Below, in pieces: positions 46,331-56,867 of a stretch of 64,000 nt of DNA. This DNA comes from an uncultured virus (IMG/VR IMGVR_UViG_3300030108_000125). Taxonomy: Duplodnaviria > Heunggongvirae > Uroviricota > Caudoviricetes. The position numbers and the translations under genes are program-made. The notes under the pieces were generated by a model. The model was not told the origin of the DNA. It searched no databases and saw only the letters and a list, made by a program, of their open reading frames with translations. Every line of letters begins with the position of its first letter. The stretch's first letter is position 1. The DNA is taken from IMG/VR virus record IMGVR_UViG_3300030108_000125, positions 1 through 64,000 of that record, one strand, 5' to 3'.

Positions 46331-49300
46331 TCTAACTCTCCAAGTATTCTTAGTAACATATCATTGTTATCCTCTACCTGTCCACCCCGCGAAAACCTAC
46401 TAACCCGTCCTAATGGTGGGCGTGATATGTTAGCGGGTATACCAAATGCGGCTCTAGGATCACCATATGGCCCGACAAATTTACCAGCTTGTTGCTGATC
46501 TCTAAATATAGTTTGAAAATCATAGGGTGTAATATCTGCTAACTCTTGTGGTGTTTTTACATCAACACGTGTACCTCTTGCATCTCTTGCGCCAGCTAAC
46601 AACTCTGCTAAATCAGCCACGTTTTGCTGCTGTGTCTGTGTTTGTACTTCAGTATTTATATCTGTAGCTAAATCAGTAATTAAGTCTTGTGTGGTTTGAG
46701 TGTCTTGTTCTTGCTGCGCAAAAAGCCCTGTAGCAGGTGTAAATACAGATGTGTCTGCAAGGGTTGTATCTTCGCCCGTAAGCGTTTGTTGTAATAAATC
46801 TACATCTAATTCGTCAACTGTACCGTCACCAGTGACATCATATTCTAATACTAATTCATCACTAACATTTTGTTGTGCCACTAAATCAATTACAAAATCT
46901 ACGTCAGTTTGTGTAACTTCACGTGCAGGCTTGCCGATAAGTTCGGCTATAGCGTTAATATCTGCACCAAGTGTAGTTTCTAAATCACCTACCGTTGTAC
47001 CTAACGTACCTACCGTTGTACCTAGATCACCTACCGTTGTACTTAGATCACCTACCGTTGTACCTAACGTGTCTACCGTTGTGCCTAGATCACCTACCGT
47101 TGTGCCTAATGTGTCTACTGTTGTGTCTAAATCACCTACGGCTGTGCCTAATGTATCTATATCTGCAGCAAGACCGCCTATTTCTCCGAACAGACCTGTG
47201 CTTTCTTGGTCTACAGTGCCATCTTCATTGAGCGTTTCTTTTTGTCCAACCGTATTGTCTACAATAGTTTGAACTTCGTCAGAACTTAAGTTTTCTAACT
47301 TTCCAAGTTCGGTGGTAAGAATATTTGTAACATCAGTTTCGCTTAAATCGTTTAACCCTGCAAAAGCTTCAGTAACTGCGTTTTGTAAATCAGTTGTAGT
47401 TGGAACTTCAGGTAAACTTGAAATAGCTGTGGCTAGAGCGTTAGTAACATCTGTATTAGTTGCTAAATTACTAACTATATTGTTTACAGTGTCTTTAACA
47501 TCTTCAAGGCTTATATTTTCTAAACCACCTACTGCTTCAGCTAAAGAGTTTTCTACGCTGGCGTATAAACCTGTAGCTTCTTTAGACTCATCTATATCTG
47601 TTGTATTAGGATCGTCTTCTACAGCAGGAGACCCGATTACCTGATTTACAATATTAAGCGTAGCGGTGGGCGCATATTGTCTTAACTCTTCTAAAGCAGC
47701 GGCTTCGTCACGCTGTCCAGTAAATCTATCTACATCTTCTTGTAGTACGTCTACTAACCCAAGAGCTTCATAAGCTGCACGTATTTCGGCTGTGGTAACT
47801 TGGCGTGGGTCTACATAATCAGCTACCCCTGCTTCCTGCGTTTCTTGATCGAACTGACCAGTAAACAACGCTACTTCTTCGTCTGTAGGTGTAAACCCTG
47901 CCGCAGCAAACGCTGCACGTATTTCTGCGTCTGTGGCTAGACGTGGGTCTACGTAATCCCCTATTGCCGTTTCTTGTGCTGTTTGCTCTAACTGACCGAC
48001 GAATCTTTCTATCTCAGCTTCTGTAGGAGTGTACCCTGCAGCAGCAAATGCAGCTTCTACTTCTGTTTTTGTAGTTTGAAGTGGGTCTATATAATCAGAA
48101 ATTTTAAGCTCTTGGTCTGCTTGGTTTAGTTGACCAACAAAACTGTCTATTTCTTCGTCTGTAGCCGTAAACCCTGCGGCATCAAACGCGGCGACTACTT
48201 CATCTCTCGTAGTTTGAAGTGGATCAATAAATTCTCCAACCGCTGTCTCTTGCCTTGTTTGATCTAATTGCCCTACAAACTGTTGAACCTGCTCGTCTGT
48301 AGGCGTAAACCCTGCTGCTTCGAATGCTGCACGTACCTCTGCTTCTGTGGTTTGCCGTGGGTCTACATACGTTGCTATATTGTCTCTTACATATGATTCA
48401 AACGGTTTTCTTGTGCGTCGTGGGCCTCTTACGGTGTCATCTGTATTTTGCCCCACATAGCTTTCAATTTCTTCTTCTGAAGGTTCGTATCCCAAATCAC
48501 TAAAAAATTGTCTGGCTTCTGCCTCTGTAATTTGACGTGGGTCTATGTATGAACTTATGGCTTCTTTACGTGCATCTGTTAAAGTTAAGCCATCAAGAAA
48601 ATTATTTACTTGAGCATCAGTAGGATCGTAATTGTTTTCTTCAAAGAAGCTTACTATCTCACCTTTAGCAGCTTCAACATCCTCAGCAAATGTAGTGAGA
48701 GATGTTTCATTAGCGGATTGCCCTACATATTGGGCCTTCTCTTCATCTGTTAAAGTTATACCTGCAGCGGTTGCAGCGGTGTCTACCTCTTCTTCGGTTA
48801 CATAGTTGTCGCCTACAAACTGTTCTATTTCTGCTTTAGTGTCAGCCTCACTCCGTTCACCTACGTAACTAGCTATGGTGTCTGCATCTGCTGTAAAGTC
48901 AGGATTTGCTTCTGCTATAATTTGCCCAACTTCATCGGTGGTTACAATAAACTCGTCATAGGATGTGTTAAGCATAGTATTTAAACGGTCAACATCGGTA
49001 AGACCTAGATTGACCAATGCATCTCTAGCAACAGTTGGGTCTGCACTATTAAGAGCGTTTCGCACGTCTTCGTTGCCTTGAATTAGGCTGTCTATCAAGA
49101 AGTCTCCTGTGTATATACCACCAGCAGTACCGCCACCAATTAGTGTACCTAATATACCAGCCTCAACAATATCACCCGCTACATCATAGTTAGGGTCTAT
49201 CTGCACAAGAGAACTAGCTAGGTGTGCTGAAGTAAAACCCTCTTCAAACCCTTCAGTTACGCCCTCTTTAAATGTTACTTCTAAGCCATCAATCGCTCTG

Positions 49301-52300
49301 TTTGTTATTTCAGAGTTTTTAGGGTTAAAAATAGATTTAGCTAATGCAGCGCCACCCAAACCAGAAGCTACTGTAGTTAAGACTGCTGCTACCGTCCCAT
49401 TTTTTATGGCTAATTCGGAAGCATAAGCATCTGCATCTTCTTCAGTAAAACCTTGATTTATAGCTACGGCGTATGCTTGGTCATAGGCACCATCTACAGT
49501 AGCAAAATATGCCTCGCCAATATCTGCTGCTACAGCGCCACCTACACCTGCGGTGTTTTCTATGGTGCTGATAAGGTTATCCCCCATGTCTGTTATATCG
49601 GCTTTTTTAGCGCCTCGTAAAAATACAGAAGTTCCAAATTTAGCAGCAGCGCCAAAACCCAAAGTAAAAAACTCTTGAATAATTTCACCGCCGATATTCT
49701 CCGCAACCCATTGCACAGGGGCATCTTGTATATTTGTAAATATAGCTTCTGTTTTGAGAAGTCCTTTTTGGGCATTGGTTAATTCTTGGCCCGGATTGTC
49801 TGCCTCCCATTCAGCAATCAAATTGTTATACCGCTGCGCATTCTCCTCGCCTTGAGCTAACCATTGATCTGATTTTGCTGAATTTGAAAAGCTAAGTAAG
49901 TCTTGAGACATTTCTTTTGTAAACTCAGAAGCGCCCTCTGCACCCCCATAGTCTAGTGCTACAGAAACAACGTTAGCCACTTCCCCAAAAGCACCAGTAA
50001 CAACGCTTGCAACGTTGCTAAACATCTCTTCAAACTCTTTAAATCTTTCTTCACCACCTGCGGCTGGCACATACCCAAACATATTCGCTAGTTTTGTTAA
50101 ATTTTGGTATACATTTCCTCCTACCTGTGCATCAAATGCTGCCCCGTCTTCTTTATTCATAGACATTATAAGGGGTGTATGAGCGTCTTTTTCTGCTCTT
50201 ATTCTCTGTAAATCCGCAAAAGTATAAGTTATATTTTCTGTTTCTATAACTGGAACATTAAGCCCAAGACTGCTAATAACATCTTCTCGCATTGCAATAG
50301 AAGTGCCACTATCTGCACTTTCGTAACCAAATCTAGCAATGCCTTCAAATTCGTTACCTAAATTTTCTACAAATTGTTCAGCGCTAATATTACTGTCAAA
50401 CAAACCACGTTGTTCAATTAAATAAGAACCGATTTTCTCCTGAGTTTCCTCATTATACGTGTCATCCAAATTAACAACACCAGCATCTACAAGCCCTTGA
50501 AGTGTCCTGCCAACAACTTGATATTTGCCAGCAGGAGTTGAAATAACACCAGTGCCATCATCACGAAGAAACCCACGATCTTCATTAACATCTTGCGAGT
50601 ATGCAGCATAAGTACCCGGACCACGTGCTTTCTGAAACTCTAAAACCTCCTCGACTGTCATATCCGTAAGTGTAACCCCAAAGTTACTTTCTTGGTTGCC
50701 TAGCAAGCGATCATAACCACCTGCATCAGACGTACCCTCAACTTCAGAAACACGTTGTTTAACGTTATCCATCAGGGCTTCTCTTAACCCTGCGCCAAGA
50801 TCATCAACTGCAGTAATGTCGTAGCCAAGTTTTATTAAATCTGCTATTCTACTGTATGTATCTGTTAAGCTATCCCTATTCATATTTATAACAGCAAATG
50901 CGGGCTGACCCTCTTCCCTCATTAAACGATTAATTGTTTGCTGTGTCGATGTTGCGGTATTGTCTGCTATTGTTTTGTCTGTCCACCGTAGTTTAAACTT
51001 ACCATCTTGGTCTCTTACAGGCATTGTCACGGCGTTCCCAGCAGCTATGTCACTAAGAGTTACCCCCTCATCAAATATATAGTTATCTGGGTCTATAATT
51101 GCGTTATTTATATCTGGGTTAATTGCAGATGCCCTAGTCTCAATCTCCCGTAATATATTATCCCCAATCCTAATAAGATCATCAGGGCCAGTTAAAGAAG
51201 CAAAATTTGGTACTTCTTCCTCTAAATATTCTATGGCAGCGGCAATTTGTTCTGGATTTAAAAATCTATAATCAACACCATTAGCGTTAAGTGTTTGTTC
51301 TAATACATTACTATGCGTATCTCGTAACGCTCTTTTTAAGTCGGTATCTAATGCCAAACCTTGGTTTCTAAAATAATGTTCGTAAACTTCGTCTTCACTA
51401 TCCAACCCGTGTATTGCCGCATAAACCGCTTTATCAAATTTTGGACCTGCTTGGTCCGTAATAGCGTTTGTTAAAGCTAAGGCTGTGGCAACAGTTTCAT
51501 TATGCACCTCTTCTACACTTGGAAACTCGTCACCTAAATCATCTATGTCAGTCAACATACTTTTTAAGGCTGTGTCATAGGCACTAGTAAGCCCGGGTAG
51601 TGTGGGCGCTATTTCGTTATACGTGCTTAAAAACTCTGCCTTGGCATCGGCGTTATCATTGCTATAAGTTGTAAAAGCTGTGCCTGCTGCATTAACTGCG
51701 TCAAGATTTGTTTGATTTTTGTTTGCATTATAGGTATCTACTGCTTCTGTATATAATTGGTACAGCCGATCTTCTTCATTATATATAGCTGTGTACCCAT
51801 TAGCAGCATTAGTAGCATTGGTTCGCGCAGCTTGTAGGGTTTCAAAAGCCTCTGTTGCCCTACCTTTATTACCAAACAACGTATCTAACTTATCGTTTAG
51901 AGCCAAACCTTCAGAAGAATCTATAAAATCTCGTATTTGAGTGTCTGCCTGTGTTTTAAGATTTGCAAAAAACGCGTCAGTTGGCTCTAAACCACCCTCA
52001 ATAGCAGCGTTTAAACTAGAGTTTAGGCCTTCTCCGATAACACGCACCATGTCATCACCAAAAGTGTCTCCCAAACTTTTTTGTAAATCAGATAAGATTT
52101 CTATGTTGTTGGTATACCCACTAACTAAGTTTCGTAGGGCATCTTCTGTTATATTTCCACCTTGAACGGCAGCAACTATACCCGCAGTGGCGCTATCTCT
52201 TATTCCTGCGCCTAAATTAGTCCAAGCACCATCTTCGCCAATGGTATTAATTAAAGTGTCATCTATAGCGCCTAATGTGTAACCTATTCCCGAAGCAAGG

Positions 52301-52824
52301 TTACCTGTTAAAAACGCGTTAGATGCAGCCTCAAAATTAAAACTACCATCAGCAGGATTAAACGAATGTATTAAAGTAGTAGAAAATTGCTCCGTGCCAC
52401 CAATAATTGCAGTAGATAGAGGAGAGGAAGCAACCGCTTCACCAAAATTTTGAGTTAACGCTGTGCTGGCTTGGTTACTAACTACCTCTCCAACTTTACC
52501 ACCTGCATACGTTAAAGCCATGCTTGTAATTATATCTTCTGCAGAGCCGCCTCTGTACGCGGTAGAAGCACCTTGATTAAGCGCTAAAGCTAGTGGCCCT
52601 CCAAACCCTGTCACTAGTAATGCTGCTGTACCAACTGTACCAAACGGGTCTTCTACAATAGCTGCGGCTATATCTTCTGCTGTAGCGTTAAAGTCTAATT
52701 CTAACGCTTCGCCTTCGTCGAACGGATTCAAATCAATAGTGTCATAATTACGAGTGGCATAGTACACTTCATGCTCAAGACCACCAAGTATATCTATATC
52801 ACTAAAATCTATGTTGCCGCACAT
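46327..52824 (-). CDS. Giant acidic virion protein with lysozyme-like domain and tandem repeats, 2165 aa
   Basis: EGT..GYD..TPAGKYQ..TL..Q (approx. 50330-50750); 46-aa repeats; heptad repeats. Confidence 0.7.
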   Translation of the reverse strand: MCGNIDFSDIDILGGLEHEVYYATRNYDTIDLNPFDEGEALELDFNATAEDIAAAIVEDPFGTVGTAALLVTGFGGPLALALNQGASTAYRGGSAEDIITSMALTYAGGKVGEVVSNQASTALTQNFGEAVASSPLSTAIIGGTEQFSTTLIHSFNPADGSFNFEAASNAFLTGNLASGIGYTLGAIDDTLINTIGEDGAWTNLGAGIRDSATAGIVAAVQGGNITEDALRNLVSGYTNNIEILSDLQKSLGDTFGDDMVRVIGEGLNSSLNAAIEGGLEPTDAFFANLKTQADTQIRDFIDSSEGLALNDKLDTLFGNKGRATEAFETLQAARTNATNAANGYTAIYNEEDRLYQLYTEAVDTYNANKNQTNLDAVNAAGTAFTTYSNDNADAKAEFLSTYNEIAPTLPGLTSAYDTALKSMLTDIDDLGDEFPSVEEVHNETVATALALTNAITDQAGPKFDKAVYAAIHGLDSEDEVYEHYFRNQGLALDTDLKRALRDTHSNVLEQTLNANGVDYRFLNPEQIAAAIEYLEEEVPNFASLTGPDDLIRIGDNILREIETRASAINPDINNAIIDPDNYIFDEGVTLSDIAAGNAVTMPVRDQDGKFKLRWTDKTIADNTATSTQQTINRLMREEGQPAFAVINMNRDSLTDTYSRIADLIKLGYDITAVDDLGAGLREALMDNVKQRVSEVEGTSDAGGYDRLLGNQESNFGVTLTDMTVEEVLEFQKARGPGTYAAYSQDVNEDRGFLRDDGTGVISTPAGKYQVVGRTLQGLVDAGVVNLDDTYNEETQEKIGSYLIEQRGLFDSNISAEQFVENLGNEFEGIARFGYESADSGTSIAMREDVISSLGLNVPVIETENITYTFADLQRIRAEKDAHTPLIMSMNKEDGAAFDAQVGGNVYQNLTKLANMFGYVPAAGGEERFKEFEEMFSNVASVVTGAFGEVANVVSVALDYGGAEGASEFTKEMSQDLLSFSNSAKSDQWLAQGEENAQRYNNLIAEWEADNPGQELTNAQKGLLKTEAIFTNIQDAPVQWVAENIGGEIIQEFFTLGFGAAAKFGTSVFLRGAKKADITDMGDNLISTIENTAGVGGAVAADIGEAYFATVDGAYDQAYAVAINQGFTEEDADAYASELAIKNGTVAAVLTTVASGLGGAALAKSIFNPKNSEITNRAIDGLEVTFKEGVTEGFEEGFTSAHLASSLVQIDPNYDVAGDIVEAGILGTLIGGGTAGGIYTGDFLIDSLIQGNEDVRNALNSADPTVARDALVNLGLTDVDRLNTMLNTSYDEFIVTTDEVGQIIAEANPDFTADADTIASYVGERSEADTKAEIEQFVGDNYVTEEEVDTAATAAGITLTDEEKAQYVGQSANETSLTTFAEDVEAAKGEIVSFFEENNYDPTDAQVNNFLDGLTLTDARKEAISSYIDPRQITEAEARQFFSDLGYEPSEEEIESYVGQNTDDTVRGPRRTRKPFESYVRDNIATYVDPRQTTEAEVRAAFEAAGFTPTDEQVQQFVGQLDQTRQETAVGEFIDPLQTTRDEVVAAFDAAGFTATDEEIDSFVGQLNQADQELKISDYIDPLQTTKTEVEAAFAAAGYTPTEAEIERFVGQLEQTAQETAIGDYVDPRLATDAEIRAAFAAAGFTPTDEEVALFTGQFDQETQEAGVADYVDPRQVTTAEIRAAYEALGLVDVLQEDVDRFTGQRDEAAALEELRQYAPTATLNIVNQVIGSPAVEDDPNTTDIDESKEATGLYASVENSLAEAVGGLENISLEDVKDTVNNIVSNLATNTDVTNALATAISSLPEVPTTTDLQNAVTEAFAGLNDLSETDVTNILTTELGKLENLSSDEVQTIVDNTVGQKETLNEDGTVDQESTGLFGEIGGLAADIDTLGTAVGDLDTTVDTLGTTVGDLGTTVDTLGTTVGDLSTTVGDLGTTVGTLGTTVGDLETTLGADINAIAELIGKPAREVTQTDVDFVIDLVAQQNVSDELVLEYDVTGDGTVDELDVDLLQQTLTGEDTTLADTSVFTPATGLFAQQEQDTQTTQDLITDLATDINTEVQTQTQQQNVADLAELLAGARDARGTRVDVKTPQELADITPYDFQTIFRDQQQAGKFVGPYGDPRAAFGIPANISRPPLGRVSRFSRGGQVEDNNDMLLRILGELE
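46970..47165 (-). repeat. 21-bp (TTVGDLG/TTVDTLG) tandem repeat in giant protein
   Basis: About 9 heptads, e.g. CCTACCGTTGTACCTAGATCA. Confidence 0.9.
47700..48555 (-). repeat. 138-bp (46-aa) tandem repeats [YF][VI]DP[RL]Q..
   Basis: DP anchors near 47807, 47945, 48083, 48221, 48359, 48539. Confidence 0.85.
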
Positions 52825-53247
52825 CTATCTACCCTCTTGGACGTTTACGGTAACAAATAACAAACCTGTGTCTTTAACTTTTCGTATCTCCATAGGATAT
52901 CGTCTACCAATAATTGGTGCGACAGGCATTAAATTTTCATTTTCAGCCGTAAATTTTAACACAGCTACCTTTCTTTGTTTTATTTTAGCTAAATAATCTA
53001 ACATGTTTTTTAACATATTTTTGGGGGTATCTGCATTATACATTACTACAAAAGCTACAAGCATGCCTTTTTTATTTTTTCTAACAGGTATAGTTATAAA
53101 AACAGTATTTCCAAACTGATCTATTACTGCGTTTTTATTGTCACTTAATATAGAAGCTGTTTGTAATTGCGCCCCCATACTTTGATTAGGATTACCCATA
53201 CTCTCAATGCCCTTAGCAATGACAGTGGGTATGTCCATCTGTCCCAT
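52825..53247 (-). CDS. Hypothetical protein
   Basis: Coupled 140-aa ORF between tail and ejection genes. Confidence 0.7.
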   Translation of the reverse strand: MGQMDIPTVIAKGIESMGNPNQSMGAQLQTASILSDNKNAVIDQFGNTVFITIPVRKNKKGMLVAFVVMYNADTPKNMLKNMLDYLAKIKQRKVAVLKFTAENENLMPVAPIIGRRYPMEIRKVKDTGLLFVTVNVQEGR

Positions 53248-53567
53248 TATGTGACCTCAAGAATACTTGCTACTACGTGTAACCTATTAGCAGTAGCGGC
53301 GGTAACCTTTAGTATTTCTTCGGCTTGTACAATTAGTGGTGCCGATAGAAGCTCTAACGTGTTATTAGCAGACACAGCTTTAGTCTTAAATAAACTAAAT
53401 ACATCTGACCCGCTGGTAATCGTCAGGGTAATCGTGTCGGCGTTGCCACTATCTTCAGAAACAAGAATAGATTTGACAATGCCAGTTGTAGACGCAGCAC
53501 AGGTGTAAAGCGTGGTTATGTTAGTAGTGGTTAGGTCCACCTTTGCGTTTACATATGTGTTTGCCAT
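53247..53567 (-). CDS. Small beta-rich virion protein
   Basis: Probable start MANTYVNAK at 53567 (TAATG coupling). Confidence 0.7.
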   Translation of the reverse strand: MANTYVNAKVDLTTTNITTLYTCAASTTGIVKSILVSEDSGNADTITLTITSGSDVFSLFKTKAVSANNTLELLSAPLIVQAEEILKVTAATANRLHVVASILEVT

Positions 53568-53755
53568 TAACTTAAAAACCACCCTATTGCATCGGTTTGA
53601 TTTGCCAGTGATCTATCACGTAACGTATTATCGACTTGAGTAAAATACAGGCGAAGCACTTTATTAAACTGCTCAAACTCAAATGCAGAATACTCTTCAG
53701 GTGGGTATGGCAGGGCAGGAGCCACAAATCCTACGGTATAATCGTTACTAGCCAT
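53567..53755 (-). CDS. Small virion protein
   Basis: PALPYPPEEY..LRLYF; coupled on both sides. Confidence 0.7.
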   Translation of the reverse strand: MASNDYTVGFVAPALPYPPEEYSAFEFEQFNKVLRLYFTQVDNTLRDRSLANQTDAIGWFLS

Positions 53756-55899
53756 TACCGTCTCCCGTCTGGACGCATATCAAGGCGTGGTGCGCCTAGC
53801 TGCCACTGTACTCCTGTGGTGCTGGAATCTACCTTCAAAGACATTTGTCTGCCTCTAACCCTAGTGTGTATTTGTTCTGTGTACACGTCTACAGGTGAAC
53901 TTGCTGACCGTACAACTGTACCTGAGTTTACACCGCTTTCTGATGCGGGGCTGTTTCTGCCAGAGCCTGATGAGTTAAGAGGAAACAACGTCATGGTTAT
54001 TGTAGGTGTGTCACCTGTAGACCCCTCAAAAGACACATCAGGAAACATCCTAGACACAAGAGCAAACTGATGTCCGTCCTCTAAGTCAAACTGTGCAGAT
54101 GTAATAGATGCAGTAATAGCTGCAGGTGTTCCTGTCTCGTTATCGTCAATACCGTTTTCATGGTCCACAAGCACAGAGTTATACGTGGCTGCAAGAGGAA
54201 AACTTCTAAGACCGGAATCTAGCCATGCAGTGCGTGCCATGTTTCCATAGTACCAGATATCTTCTAGGTAATTGTATATAACATACCGATCTATGTTAGA
54301 TGAAGCCGCAGAGCAGTAGAACCACCATACTTCATGGAACGCTTCGTTACTGCCACCAAACACCTGTACATACTGCAGGTCATTAAAGTCTGTAAATATG
54401 TACTTTCTAAGATCACAACGCAGTGGCTGCACCCGACCATCGTATTTGTAAAACTTATCCTTGCCCATCCAGTACGAAACACCATTAGCGTAGGCCACAG
54501 CATTCTGAGACGCGATAGAAGTCTGTTCACCCACAATCGTAGCACCCCATACACCAGACCCTGCACCCACATACTGCAGAGAATAAAGTGAAGAATCGGT
54601 CCAAACCAAAACTTCTTGTCGTGCCTGTTGTGCAGCTACAATTTCCGTACCCCGTGACAAACGAAGACTACCTGCCTGTGTAGTTGCAGTGGGTGTCCAA
54701 TTTACCGCGCTTTCTTGGTCAGACCACCGGATCAACATAGGGTCTTTGGACGAACTACCTAATATGTTAGTACCAAAACAGAACACAAATCTGTTAATGT
54801 CTGATACAAGAACGTTGTTAACAACTGTTGGCACATTAGAGGCACCAGCTAATGAAGTAAGTTCTACTGCACGTGTAGCAAGGTCGCCACTGGCTGCAGA
54901 CGCATCCCAATAATATAAACGTCCGTTACGGTGCGCGAATATTAAGTCTTCACCAAAGTTTTGCTGTGACCATACACGCAACGCTTCTGTATCAGACTCG
55001 CCCTGACCCCAAGCACCTGATCCCCAACCACTAGCACCCCAGCCAACAAGTGGGTTAGCAGAAGATGCACCTGAGTTTATTTGATATGTGCCAACAACAG
55101 AGCTACCACCGTTTCCTGAGTCCGAACTAGTGCCAGCAACACTAGTATACGATGCGTTTGTTATAGTTTCTACGCTAAAGCTTTTACCTAATATAATGTA
55201 GTTGTTTGCATCTACGACTTCTTCTATTTGGTATTCTTGGTTGAGTATACTGGCAACTAGATTGCCACCAAGAGATACTGCATCACTAAACGTAACAAAG
55301 TCATTTTTCTTGGCTCCATGACTGTTGTCGGTCACTGTAATGCTAAAACAATTTACAGCTACCCCATCACTGTGCGATGCTGCTGTAGATGCTGTAGATG
55401 TACCCGCAACCAAGGAAGAAGCACCTCTAGTACAACCTGTTAATGTATTACTGCTAATAGCTGAGTAATCTATAACTTCACTATCTATGATAATCTTCCC
55501 TGCTTGAGGAAATCCAGTAGTGTCAGCCAGTGTTATAGTTGTAATGGAAGCGTTTATTGCACCATTCAAAGTAGAAGCCACTGCACTAAATGTAACATCG
55601 CCTGCACTAGTGGTTTCTCGTAGCGGCGTTATATCGTTAAACCCACCACCATTTTCTATGTAAAACTTTAAGTGTGTGCCAACACCCACTAGGTTCTGAC
55701 TGCCCAGTGTAATCCAGTTAAGAAGTGACCGCGCAAGTCCGAGGAATGTAGCCTCTGATATACGTGTCCAACCACCGATCTTTTCAGGTGAGCCTTGCCT
55801 AAATCTTATGTTATCAGACTCAAACCAACCACCCTCGTTAGTATAACGAGTGTTTTCTCTATTTACACCAGATTTAAAAACTACCTTTTTTAGGGGCAT
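53755..55899 (-). CDS. Tail nozzle/stabilization protein (P22 gp10 / tubular B-like)
   Basis: 714 aa, W-rich beta-propeller-like, IRWSDQE motif. Confidence 0.65.
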   Translation of the reverse strand: MPLKKVVFKSGVNRENTRYTNEGGWFESDNIRFRQGSPEKIGGWTRISEATFLGLARSLLNWITLGSQNLVGVGTHLKFYIENGGGFNDITPLRETTSAGDVTFSAVASTLNGAINASITTITLADTTGFPQAGKIIIDSEVIDYSAISSNTLTGCTRGASSLVAGTSTASTAASHSDGVAVNCFSITVTDNSHGAKKNDFVTFSDAVSLGGNLVASILNQEYQIEEVVDANNYIILGKSFSVETITNASYTSVAGTSSDSGNGGSSVVGTYQINSGASSANPLVGWGASGWGSGAWGQGESDTEALRVWSQQNFGEDLIFAHRNGRLYYWDASAASGDLATRAVELTSLAGASNVPTVVNNVLVSDINRFVFCFGTNILGSSSKDPMLIRWSDQESAVNWTPTATTQAGSLRLSRGTEIVAAQQARQEVLVWTDSSLYSLQYVGAGSGVWGATIVGEQTSIASQNAVAYANGVSYWMGKDKFYKYDGRVQPLRCDLRKYIFTDFNDLQYVQVFGGSNEAFHEVWWFYCSAASSNIDRYVIYNYLEDIWYYGNMARTAWLDSGLRSFPLAATYNSVLVDHENGIDDNETGTPAAITASITSAQFDLEDGHQFALVSRMFPDVSFEGSTGDTPTITMTLFPLNSSGSGRNSPASESGVNSGTVVRSASSPVDVYTEQIHTRVRGRQMSLKVDSSTTGVQWQLGAPRLDMRPDGRR

Positions 55900-55901
55900 G
55901 A

Positions 55902-56354
55902 CTAATCCATAAGTTCAAAGTGAGGTCCATCTATAAAAGGTCTACGACCTTGTGATCTGCGAAGATCGACATAAGAGTTCATAGCATTTTCCATTGTGTC
56001 GTTCCAAGTGCGAATGTCATCAATGTGCCATGCTGCACCCCAGCGCACAGGGCAGCCTACTACAGAAGCAGCTTCTTTAATGGCGTCCGCAAGATCATCG
56101 TACAGATTTAACTCCCAACTTGCACGTCCATTTACATACGCCATAATGTCTATGGCTTTACCTACAAGATGTTTAGACTTCATTGTTTGACTAGCGCCCT
56201 TGGCTACCAACTCTTTTTGTTGGGCCTCAGTTCTCATGCCTTGGATCACGCCAAAATCAGTTTTAGTCAATGTAATAGCTTGTTTGGCTACGGCTTGCAG
56301 CCTTTCATCAACACCTTCTAACCTATCAAGGCTACGTCTACTTAATTTAAACAT
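55902..56354 (-). CDS. Endolysin, M15-family peptidase
   Basis: GMRT..QQ, SKHLVGKAID, RWG..W, DGPHFEL; probable start MFKLS at 56354. Confidence 0.88.
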   Translation of the reverse strand: MFKLSRRSLDRLEGVDERLQAVAKQAITLTKTDFGVIQGMRTEAQQKELVAKGASQTMKSKHLVGKAIDIMAYVNGRASWELNLYDDLADAIKEAASVVGCPVRWGAAWHIDDIRTWNDTMENAMNSYVDLRRSQGRRPFIDGPHFELMD

Positions 56355-56544
56355 CTGTTCCATCTCCAAAAAGTTTTACACACCGCCAAGAAACAATATT
56401 ATAATTTGGATAACGTTGCCTCACAATATTTACCCCATAAGCACTTATAGACAATTCACACATTTCCTTGTTTGGAAACACGGGACTGCCTATGGACATA
56501 CAATTTCCTTCTGTACATACTAAAAAGATTGCAGCCCATATCAC
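56347..56544 (-). CDS. Small Cys-containing exported-like protein
   Basis: Hydrophobic N-terminus, C....C..C..C; in the lysis cluster. Confidence 0.6.
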   Translation of the reverse strand: MIWAAIFLVCTEGNCMSIGSPVFPNKEMCELSISAYGVNIVRQRYPNYNIVSWRCVKLFGDGTDV

Positions 56545-56867
56545 TTTTTCTTCGCCATACCCGTAAACGTTTCTCTTGGTAAAGCATAATCCTTCATTAT
56601 TCTCCGAACCTCTGGCTCAGAAATATTTAAAGCAATAGAAATATTGCACACATCCATACCATTACGTGCCAGTCGATCAAGTTTTCTTCCAAAATTAGTA
56701 AGGGGACGATCCTTTGGCAAAACAGAAGAAAACTTCTTTTTCTTCTCATCCTCTTTTAATCTTAATCTAGGATCAATCGCCGCATCTCTTTTACGTTGTG
56801 CGTCCCATGCCTTCCGATACAAATCTTCGTATTCGATGCGTTTTGCCTCTTTTAAACAAGCGTCCAT
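56541..56867 (-). CDS. Hypothetical protein with possible C-terminal HTH
   Basis: VCNISIALNISEPEVRRIM. Confidence 0.6.
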   Translation of the reverse strand: MDACLKEAKRIEYEDLYRKAWDAQRKRDAAIDPRLRLKEDEKKKKFSSVLPKDRPLTNFGRKLDRLARNGMDVCNISIALNISEPEVRRIMKDYALPRETFTGMAKKK

